Assembly: GCA_910578465.1 (NCBI GenBank)
Contig: CAJTPW010000003.1
Location: forward strand, 121,973-185,972
Length of the DNA: 64,000 nt
Direction of reading: 5' to 3'
From: an uncultured Vampirovibrio sp.
Lineage (GTDB): Bacteria > Cyanobacteriota > Vampirovibrionia > Gastranaerophilales > Gastranaerophilaceae
Part shown: positions 56,772-64,000 of the stretch, piece after piece
How the letters are laid out: each line of letters begins with the position of its first letter
Position numbering within the stretch: the stretch's first letter is position 1
Notes under the pieces: generated by a model
Database searches by the model: none
Told to the model about the DNA's origin: nothing
Seen by the model: the letters and a program-made list of their open reading frames with translations, nothing else
Position numbers and translations under genes: made by a program

Positions 56772-57236
56772 CTAGCACATTCCTATCTGCAGCGGCAAAC
56801 GGGGGAGCGCCTTTATCTCCTCTTTTGCCGCCTCCTCTTGAGCAGGCTCATCGTACGGTATTTCAACCCATACTGTTGTTGATGAAGTGTTAAAATCTGC
56901 AGGAGCATTTAAAATGTCAAACTCTTCTTTAACCTCAATTGCATAGTTTATATCAACAAAATTTAATTTCTCATATTTTTCTATGTAAAATTCTTCTCCT
57001 CCGCATACGGGACAATATTTTGAAACTGGAATTATCTCTTTTACATTGCAAAAAGCTGCCCTTGTTGCTTCTCTTTTGTGCGCACAGCATTTACACCTTA
57101 AAACGTAATAATATTTTTTAAGATATACGCCGCAATCGGGGCAGTATCCTTCGTTTGAATTTAAAAGCGCGTTAGTATGGCGGCATTTATTACCGTTATT
57201 TAGTATGGAGAGAAAATAAAGGAAAATATTTTTCAT
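56772..57236 (-). CDS. hypothetical zinc-ribbon (CxxC-rich) protein
   Basis: CPDCG...CKCC...CPVCGG arrangement. Acidic C-terminus. Confidence 0.4.
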   Translation of the reverse strand: MKNIFLYFLSILNNGNKCRHTNALLNSNEGYCPDCGVYLKKYYYVLRCKCCAHKREATRAAFCNVKEIIPVSKYCPVCGGEEFYIEKYEKLNFVDINYAIEVKEEFDILNAPADFNTSSTTVWVEIPYDEPAQEEAAKEEIKALPRLPLQIGMC

Positions 57237-57423
57237 ATTTTGAATATTAATAAGATTTTCTATGAAGTCAAATACTGTTTTTCAAGGCTGTTTTTTAAGA
57301 TATGTGGAGTAGAAAATACTGTTTGAATAGACAAGGTATACTTATGCCGCTATAATATTTATAAGGAAGTGTAAAATCGGGTGCAGGCCCGTTTTAATCG
57401 ATATTATACGGAGATTTTAGTTT

Positions 57424-58650
57424 ATGAAAAAGTTTATCCTTGGTTTTATAATGTGCACGGTTTTTCTGGGGTTTTGTGCCCCTTCTTATGCGTCTTTCTT
57501 CTTAACGCAGGAGCAAAAAGACGCAAAAGCTGCAAGGAAAGCTGCCGTTAAGGCGGAAAAGCTTGCAAAGAAAGCCGAAAAGAAAAGGATAAAGAATTTG
57601 AAAAAGTTCTACAAACCTGTTTCATCCGATATGAAAATTGTGGATGCTATGGAGCTTATGAAAAAATCTCCCGCAATCGGCGCATACGAAATGATTATCG
57701 GAGATAATTATACGGAAAAACCTATTAAAATCGGGTTTGAAAACCTTGGCGAAATAAGAAAAAAATATTCAAATTTTGATGCGATAAACAGAAAAAAACG
57801 CGGTACGCTGCATATTTACGTTGATAAAAGACATAAAAATGCTCCGCCCGAGGCTATCGCAGCGCTTATTTCAGGCATGCCCGTTCATATAAACGATAAA
57901 AAAGATTCCGTAAATGAAGAAACATATGCCTGGTCTGTGGAAGCTGTTGTATGGGGTTATTTGTCAAGAAAAAATCCTGATGTTTTAAAACAAAGATCAA
58001 GACTTGTAAACAGGGAAGAAATCTTAAGACAGCAATATGAAAAATCTCCAAGAAATGCCCAGTATATTGTTGAAACTGTGAGGAAAAAACGCGGGGATAT
58101 CAGATACAAATGGGAGTCTCCTGGGTATAATCACAAGGAATATACGGCAAAAATCAAAAGATTACACGATATTTACAACAAAAATGTTCTTGTTCTGGAT
58201 GAAAAGAAGAAAAGTGTGTTTCCTGTTTCCAATAAGACTGAAAGCGGTTTAATGCTTGCACCTAAAATCGGAGATGAAAATGCAAAGCCTATAGAAGGCA
58301 GTGTTGAAAAAGAAGGTGTAAATCAAGCCGCACAGGAAGCTGCAAAGGATGAAGCCGTACAAGCCCGTGAAAAATATATGCACTATGCCGAATCACCCGT
58401 TCCCGCTTCATCATGCACTGCTCCTTGCTCTGCATTAGGTTCTGCATCTTGCCCCGGTTCTTGTCCTGCAGCGTGTCCGAATAATCGTGATGTTGTGAAG
58501 GAAATTATTATTGATGAATCGGATGATAAGTGTAAATTGCCTGAGTGTCAATATTGCAAGGCTGCAGCGGAAGAAGCCGCCAAGGCAAATGATAATTCAG
58601 CAGATTCTGACGATAAAAAGGCAAAAAAGGTCAAGAAAAAGAAAAGATAA
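57424..58650 (+). CDS. secreted hypothetical protein, HExxH-less paralogue with Cys-rich and Lys-rich C-terminus
   Basis: Signal peptide. EKPIKIGFENLGEI...GTLHIYVDKRHKNAPPEAIAALISGMPVHINDKKDSVNEETYAWSVEAVVW aligns with 55944-56642, but HEAIH is replaced by GMPVH. Confidence 0.55.
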   Translation: MKKFILGFIMCTVFLGFCAPSYASFFLTQEQKDAKAARKAAVKAEKLAKKAEKKRIKNLKKFYKPVSSDMKIVDAMELMKKSPAIGAYEMIIGDNYTEKPIKIGFENLGEIRKKYSNFDAINRKKRGTLHIYVDKRHKNAPPEAIAALISGMPVHINDKKDSVNEETYAWSVEAVVWGYLSRKNPDVLKQRSRLVNREEILRQQYEKSPRNAQYIVETVRKKRGDIRYKWESPGYNHKEYTAKIKRLHDIYNKNVLVLDEKKKSVFPVSNKTESGLMLAPKIGDENAKPIEGSVEKEGVNQAAQEAAKDEAVQAREKYMHYAESPVPASSCTAPCSALGSASCPGSCPAACPNNRDVVKEIIIDESDDKCKLPECQYCKAAAEEAAKANDNSADSDDKKAKKVKKKKR

Positions 58651-58667
58651 AGAATTTTTATTATATA

Positions 58668-58706
58668 AAAAACGGGGCTGTTTTTTATAAAGCCCCGTTT
58701 TTGTTT
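58668..58706. terminator. bidirectional intrinsic terminator
   Basis: AACGGGGCT - 11 nt - AGCCCCGTT followed by TTTTG and preceded by AAAA. Lies between convergent genes. Confidence 0.8.
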
Positions 58707-59140
58707 TAAATGTCTTTCCCTGAAAGGGAGAGAAAATTTCCGCCCGGGTTGTCATCATCTTTGTTTTTTGACCTTTTTTCAACAATTTTGTCCGCAAATT
58801 TGTCAATCAGGCCGAAAACAATATTTTTTGCATTTTCATTTTCACTCTTTTTATCTTCCTCTGCCCCCTCTTTTTTGAATGTATCATCGGAATTTAGGGC
58901 ATTATATGAAGGTCTGTTGTAATAATCGTCGTCATCTTCGTATTCATCTTCAATATATTCAAATTTATCTTGAATTTCCCCATCCAAAATAGAGGGGTCC
59001 ATCATTTCTTCTTCCTTCTTTTTCTTTTTGCCGCGGTTTTGCATATAGCCTGTGTTTCCACCGCCGCCATTGTTCATCATGTTTTGAGCCTCTCTTATTT
59101 GAGGCTTGTTGTTTGGGCCGCCAATATTAAATGAGGACAT
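58706..59140 (-). CDS. hypothetical low-complexity acidic protein
   Basis: 144-aa ORF, Gly/Asn-rich then Asp/Glu/Tyr-rich. The coding call rests on ORF length only. Confidence 0.35.
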   Translation of the reverse strand: MSSFNIGGPNNKPQIREAQNMMNNGGGGNTGYMQNRGKKKKKEEEMMDPSILDGEIQDKFEYIEDEYEDDDDYYNRPSYNALNSDDTFKKEGAEEDKKSENENAKNIVFGLIDKFADKIVEKRSKNKDDDNPGGNFLSLSGKDI

Positions 59141-59256
59141 AAATTACACCCTTCTTATTGTTTAAAAAGTACCCTATAGTTATTATACACTATAGCGGCA
59201 TAAAAATGGTGCATTATTTGAATGAAATTCCAAAAATTTTAAAACGTTATAAAAAC

Positions 59257-59676
59257 CTACACAAGCTCGTTAATACGCGCTCCTGCTCTGTTTGACGCTG
59301 CATGGCGTCTGGTGCGCGGTGTGGTGTAAATTCTTGCTATTCTTGTGCTGTCTGTGGTTCTATGGTTTTCAGTGTCGTTAAAAAGCCTTTTTGCAGCTTT
59401 TCGAAGCCCAGCTATAATATCGTCTTTGCTGTATCCGATAAGTTTTGAAGTGTTCTTTGTAATAGGGTCAAACTCTTGAACCAATACACCCTTGCCGCCT
59501 TCAAAGTGATCAACAAGTACATCATTATCATATGTATTATATCTGATACTGCCTAACGCACCGTCAATAGCGTCTCCTTGCTCGGTGCCTTTAATTTCTT
59601 TTAAGGTTTTTTTAAAGTCGTCGCTTAAATATAATTCTTTAAATGAAGGTGTTGCAAAATTATTTGTTATTCTCAT
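59257..59676 (-). CDS. hypothetical protein (N-terminus MRITNNFATPSFKE)
   Basis: 139-aa ORF. Shares its N-terminal pattern with 28499-28993 and 8155-9132. Confidence 0.4.
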   Translation of the reverse strand: MRITNNFATPSFKELYLSDDFKKTLKEIKGTEQGDAIDGALGSIRYNTYDNDVLVDHFEGGKGVLVQEFDPITKNTSKLIGYSKDDIIAGLRKAAKRLFNDTENHRTTDSTRIARIYTTPRTRRHAASNRAGARINELV

Positions 59677-59810
59677 TTTTTTATTCCCATTTTAATTTTA
59701 AAATTTTCCCTAACAAAAAATAAACAGAAGGGGGGAACATTATTATCAACCCAAAATGTTAAAAATGCAAGCTTTTTATAAAAAATTATCCTGCAGGATA
59801 AGAAAACCGA

Positions 59811-60749
59811 TTAAAAAGCTCGGATATTTTTTGTGAGGCTGATTGCTAATTTTACGGCTTCAATCATTCCCGTTGCATCTGCAATCCCTTTTCCCGCTAT
59901 ATCATAAGCAGTGCCTGAAGATGGAGATGTTCTTATAACCTTAAGCCCGATTGTTGTATTCACCGTCTTTTTAAAGCAAAGTGCCTTAACGGGACAAAGC
60001 CCCTGATCGTGATAGGCGGCTAAAATGCAGTCATAGGCTTGTTTTTCTTTGTTTAAATATTTTGCACCAACATTTGCAAAAAGCCCGTCCGCACTTAAGG
60101 GTTCCGTTATATTCACCCCGAGGCTTCGAAGTTTTAAAACGGCAGGAGTCATTATTTCTTTTTCTTCTATGCCGAGTATGCCGTTTTCTCCTGCATGCGG
60201 ATTTAGGGCGCAAAGAGCAAATTTCGGGTTTTGAATGCTGCATTTTTCAATTAAAAATTTATTTGTTCTTAAAACCTTGTCTATAATTAAATCTTCGCTC
60301 AGTTTTATATCCTTAAGGGCAAGGTGGCGCGTTAAAAGAAGTACGCGGAGGTCATCCGCGATAAAAATCATTTCCGCTTTTGAATTTTCGTTAGAATTTT
60401 TACCGCCTAAAAATTCCTGTAAAATTTCCGTTTGTCCTGAATATTTATACCCTGATTTATAAAGAGTCTCTTTTGAAACAGGTGCGGTTACAATTCCTTG
60501 TATTTTACCTTCATTTGCAAGATTACAGGCGGTTTTCAAGCTTTCAAAGCAAAATCTGCCGTTATCAGTTTGATCAATTTCAATTGTTTCGTATTCAACT
60601 TTTAAATCAGAATTTATATTTTTTCCGATAATTAAAATGTTTTCCGGCGGTAAATTCAAGGAATTCAAGGCTTTAATCGTAATTTCTTCCCCGATGCCGA
60701 GCAGATCCCCGGTTGTTATTGCAAGTTTATTCATTTTCGTGGTGCTCAA
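59811..60749 (-). CDS. PdxA-family 4-hydroxythreonine-4-phosphate dehydrogenase-like (PdxA2-type)
   Basis: ITTGDLLGIGEEI, LNPHAGENG and HDQGL motifs of the PdxA family. Overlaps the upstream DUF1537-type kinase gene. Confidence 0.8.
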   Translation of the reverse strand: MSTTKMNKLAITTGDLLGIGEEITIKALNSLNLPPENILIIGKNINSDLKVEYETIEIDQTDNGRFCFESLKTACNLANEGKIQGIVTAPVSKETLYKSGYKYSGQTEILQEFLGGKNSNENSKAEMIFIADDLRVLLLTRHLALKDIKLSEDLIIDKVLRTNKFLIEKCSIQNPKFALCALNPHAGENGILGIEEKEIMTPAVLKLRSLGVNITEPLSADGLFANVGAKYLNKEKQAYDCILAAYHDQGLCPVKALCFKKTVNTTIGLKVIRTSPSSGTAYDIAGKGIADATGMIEAVKLAISLTKNIRAF

Positions 60750-62040
60750 AATATTTTACAATTTCAATCAGAGTGGATGATGTTCCGAGGTTTCCTGATT
60801 TGGTAACTACAAGTTGTGCATTTGAATCCATACAAAGAGGAATAGACGGCAATATTGCATCCACAACCTGCAGATATTCGCAATTTATGGCTTTAGAACA
60901 TCTGTAAGATGTTTCTCCGCCGATTGTAATTAATATAAATTCCGCGCGTTTTTTTACTTCGTATGCAAGTTTTGCAAGAAAATCAGTTATTTTTGTTGCA
61001 AGTCCTTCTTTTGTAATACCGTCATCTATAAGCCTGTTTTTAGCGTCATCTTTTGTCAATTCTTCTTCAAGTTCCGATACATGAACCGCTACGATATTTT
61101 CTTTTGTAAGGTTTGATGCTATTCTTTCAATCATTGTTTCATCTGGGTCTTTTAAGACATCATCAAGTCGAAGCGGAATAAAATATGTGTTTTCAATGTC
61201 TGTGTCCATTTGTAATTTTTTAATTTGAAGAGCCGTTAAAGATGTTGCCGAACCTGAAAGAATAAGTTTTGGAAGCAGGGGCACCTTTTTTTGAACAGGT
61301 TGTTTTATCTCTCCGAGCCATACTCCGCCAAGTGCGTGTGCAAGGCCTGCAGACCCTGCAGGGAGAATATTGCAGGAGCTTTTTTGCATTGCAAGAACAA
61401 TCTGCTCAAAATCAACCGTTGAAACTGCGTCCATTACAATGAGTTTCTTTCCTTGTGAAATCAGCTCGTTTAATTTTAATGCAATCGGGCCTGCACCTTT
61501 GGCAATAGTTTTCATCTCAATTGAGGCTACCAATTTCTGTGCACTTTCGCTTAAGCCCCGTTTTAGGATATCAGGAATATAAGATTCATAAATCGGTGCC
61601 TTAGGGTCGCGTGCAGCATCGGTGCGCTCAATCGGAATACCTTTTAAAAGCTGATAACCGCCTATTGTTATTCTTCCTTCCTGAACAAAAGCAGGAGCAA
61701 CAATCGCAGCATCATACCCTGTTGCTTCAAGTATAGCAAGAATTTCAACCGAAATATTTCCGCGCAGGGTAGAATCGATTTTTTTATAAAAATATTCTAT
61801 CCCGAATTTTTCTTTTAAAAGTTTTGTTGTTTCAAAAACGATTCTTCCCGCGTCTTCGGGCGGTATATTTCTTGTTTCGTTGCAAAGCGCCCAGGTTTCA
61901 ACATTCAAATGGTTTTCATTCAATGAATTAACATCAAGAATGATTTCCGTGTTGGAACCTTTCATAAAAAACTGAAGGGCGGTGTCGTTTGCGCCTGTCA
62001 GGTCGTCTGCAACTATGCCGATAGAATTTGAAATTAACAT
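60727..62040 (-). CDS. four-carbon acid sugar kinase family protein (DUF1537)
   Basis: N-terminal IGIVADDLTGANDTALQF and KIDSTLRGN motifs typical of the family. About 430 aa. Confidence 0.75.
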   Translation of the reverse strand: MLISNSIGIVADDLTGANDTALQFFMKGSNTEIILDVNSLNENHLNVETWALCNETRNIPPEDAGRIVFETTKLLKEKFGIEYFYKKIDSTLRGNISVEILAILEATGYDAAIVAPAFVQEGRITIGGYQLLKGIPIERTDAARDPKAPIYESYIPDILKRGLSESAQKLVASIEMKTIAKGAGPIALKLNELISQGKKLIVMDAVSTVDFEQIVLAMQKSSCNILPAGSAGLAHALGGVWLGEIKQPVQKKVPLLPKLILSGSATSLTALQIKKLQMDTDIENTYFIPLRLDDVLKDPDETMIERIASNLTKENIVAVHVSELEEELTKDDAKNRLIDDGITKEGLATKITDFLAKLAYEVKKRAEFILITIGGETSYRCSKAINCEYLQVVDAILPSIPLCMDSNAQLVVTKSGNLGTSSTLIEIVKYFEHHENE

Positions 62041-62081
62041 CTAGGTTAAATCCTTAATTTTTTATCCCCTGATTTTAATCC

Positions 62082-62411
62082 TTAGTTCTCATCTTTTTTT
62101 GAGCCCATAAGGCGTACATTGCTGCATCTGATTATAAACCTTTCCGCAGTTTCGCCATCCGGAGTTTGCCATTTGTTGACAACAACTCTGCCTTCAACAC
62201 CGACGAGTCTGCCTTTTTTCACCCATTCACCCGCGATTTCCGCTTGTTTATCCCAAACTTCAATGTTAAACCAGTCGGTTATCTCTTCTTTTGTTCTTGA
62301 ATCCCAGCGGTTTACCGCCAATGAAAAAGTTGTTTTAACCTTCCCGTTGTCAAAATATCTCATTTCGGGGTCTTGCCCAACTCTTCCCACTATAACAGCC
62401 GAGTTTACCAT
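62082..62411 (-). CDS. ssb: single-stranded DNA-binding protein (OB fold only, no Gly-rich linker or acidic tip)
   Basis: MVNSAVIVGRVGQDPEMRYFDNGKVKTTFSLAVNR...WFNIEVWDKQAE is a canonical SSB OB fold. The protein ends at 109 aa with GSKKDEN. Confidence 0.8.
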   Translation of the reverse strand: MVNSAVIVGRVGQDPEMRYFDNGKVKTTFSLAVNRWDSRTKEEITDWFNIEVWDKQAEIAGEWVKKGRLVGVEGRVVVNKWQTPDGETAERFIIRCSNVRLMGSKKDEN

Positions 62412-62542
62412 ATCCGTTTGCCTTTCCCAAGTCTTTATAAGACCGTATATTTATCTGATTTAAAAAGATTATATTATTAACAAAAAGCACAGTCAAACGG
62501 CTTTAAAATTGAAGTTGTTTCTATGTTTTTATCTTTTCTTAG

Positions 62543-64000
62543 CTATTCTGCCGGGGTGCCTTCGGGAAATTCAAACACAACCTGATTTCTGCCGTTTCTT
62601 TTTGCCACATACAAACATTTATCCGCATATTCAATTAAGCTTTCGGTTGTCTCTCCATCCTGCGGCATGGAGGCAACGCCGAGGCTTATTGTAACATGGG
62701 TCCAATCACCTGTTGCAAGTTCAAATTCTTTATTTCGAACCGCCTCACAAATCTTTACGGCTGTTTTTATGGCATCTTCTTTGTTTGTATTTGTAAGGAT
62801 GACAGACATTTCTTCCCCGCCGTATCTGCAGGGGATATCGGTTGAACGTATATTTCTTTTAATGGTCTGCGCTACCTGCCTTAAAACAGCGTCACCTGAT
62901 TGATGGCCGTATGTGTCGTTGAATTTTTTAAAGAAATCAATATCTATTAAAATTAATGAAAATACGCTTTCATATCTTTTTGCGGTTTGGATGTTTGCAC
63001 TCATTTGTTCCTGAAAATATCTGTGGTTAAACATCTCGGTCAGACCGTCCGTTACGGCAAGTTTATATGTATGTTCGTAATCACGGGAAGTTATAAGGTA
63101 TTTTGCGATATATCCCGCTGCAAAAACAAATATACCGAGCATAATTGGTGCAACAAGATTTATCCAGATATTGAAAAAGTGCATAATTAAAATTGAGAAA
63201 ATAAAATAAGCCGTATAAACTCCAAAGAAAAGAATGACAGATTTTGCGGGAGATTTAAAATTCATAACTCCGAAACCGATAAGAGCGGCAAGAAACATTG
63301 CAAGTGCTATATCAAAAAGAAGGGGAGATTTTTTAATAAAATTATTGTCTAAAATATTGTTTAAAAATGTTGCCTGAACTTCAACACCCGGGAACATATA
63401 AGATACCGGCGTGCTTTTAATATCGGAAAGACTGTTTGCCGTTACCCCGACAAAAACAATTTTATCTTTAAAGCTTCTGTCTAAAAATTCTCTGTCACCT
63501 TTTTCAACAGCGGAAGCCACTTTCCAGAGGGGGATATAGTTAAATGTCCATTCGGGTCCGTACCAGTTTAAAATAACTCTTCCTTTTGAATTCAGGGGTA
63601 GTACGGCTTTTTTCCCGTTATTTTCAACGGAGATTTCACCTCTTTTATTCAGTTTAAAATTGTTTGTTGAAAGCTTCAGGTAATCAAGCCCTGCAAGGAT
63701 TGTAAGATGTTTATAGTATGCGCCGTCATAGTATGAAAAAGGAGACATTGTACGGATTATGCCGTCTTTATCTCTTTGAACATTTATAAGACCAATATTT
63801 TTTGTGCCGTTTAAGATTTCTTCTAAAATCGGTCTGCAATTTGAATAGACTAAATCAGGGTTAGATTTAATTAAAAAATCGTTTTCAATGTTGTTTTTAA
63901 GTGCATTGGGGAGTTTTGGCGGAGTTCTTACTTCTTTTGAATAGTTATCAAAATTCATTGAGACATAAACATTTTTATTTTTGTTTACGGCATTAATTAA
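62543..64000 (-). CDS. CHASE2-TM-GGDEF diguanylate cyclase, 5'-partial (frame open to the window edge)
   Basis: Periplasmic CHASE2-like region, three TM segments, and a GGDEF domain with RYGGEEM plus RSTD (an RxxD I-site 5 residues upstream). The frame remains open upstream of the ATG at 63958. Confidence 0.8.
   Translation of the reverse strand, partial: LINAVNKNKNVYVSMNFDNYSKEVRTPPKLPNALKNNIENDFLIKSNPDLVYSNCRPILEEILNGTKNIGLINVQRDKDGIIRTMSPFSYYDGAYYKHLTILAGLDYLKLSTNNFKLNKRGEISVENNGKKAVLPLNSKGRVILNWYGPEWTFNYIPLWKVASAVEKGDREFLDRSFKDKIVFVGVTANSLSDIKSTPVSYMFPGVEVQATFLNNILDNNFIKKSPLLFDIALAMFLAALIGFGVMNFKSPAKSVILFFGVYTAYFIFSILIMHFFNIWINLVAPIMLGIFVFAAGYIAKYLITSRDYEHTYKLAVTDGLTEMFNHRYFQEQMSANIQTAKRYESVFSLILIDIDFFKKFNDTYGHQSGDAVLRQVAQTIKRNIRSTDIPCRYGGEEMSVILTNTNKEDAIKTAVKICEAVRNKEFELATGDWTHVTISLGVASMPQDGETTESLIEYADKCLYVAKRNGRNQVVFEFPEGTPAE

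Overview
A 64-kb chromosomal segment from a low-GC (about 35-40% by eye), diderm, apparently flagellated bacterium. The diderm and flagellate calls rest on lpxK, an OprO/P-like porin, flhB and a FliA-like sigma factor. Gene content (LCP protein, very short SSB, glgA/malQ, fixCX) fits a Vampirovibrionia/Melainabacteria-like gut lineage, but that is only a low-confidence guess.

Most of the window is tightly packed housekeeping: lpxK, metF, rimP-nusA, glgA, bioB, ruvA, ileS, uvrA, aroE, topA, dprA, alaS, rsmI, cysS, purA, malQ, apt, prfB (with the classical +1 frameshift), hisS, pdxA-like, ssb. I found no rRNA, tRNA, CRISPR array, transposase or integrase.

Features not explained by housekeeping:
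1. An unannotated 25-aa hydrophobic peptide ORF at about 28.0-28.2 kb. It sits between two convergent near-consensus promoters, has an anti-SD tract and an intrinsic terminator, and resembles a type I toxin-antitoxin locus.
2. An AT-rich islet between ruvA and ileS (16.8-18.65 kb). It holds about 600 nt of hairpin-rich non-coding DNA, a MerR-like gene, and a zeta/COG4185-like P-loop protein whose 3' end overlaps a small ORF.
3. A lineage-specific expanded family of N-terminally anchored proteins with Y(K/H)EG-type repeats. There are five copies, three of them clustered at 8.1-11.4 kb, and one contains four perfect-period 84-nt tandem repeats.
4. A pair of secreted paralogues, one with an HExxH motif and one without, flanking a zinc-ribbon gene (55.9-58.7 kb).
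5. flhB separated from other flagellar export genes and abutting a GT10-like glycosyltransferase.

All functional calls come from motif recognition by eye. No database search was run.
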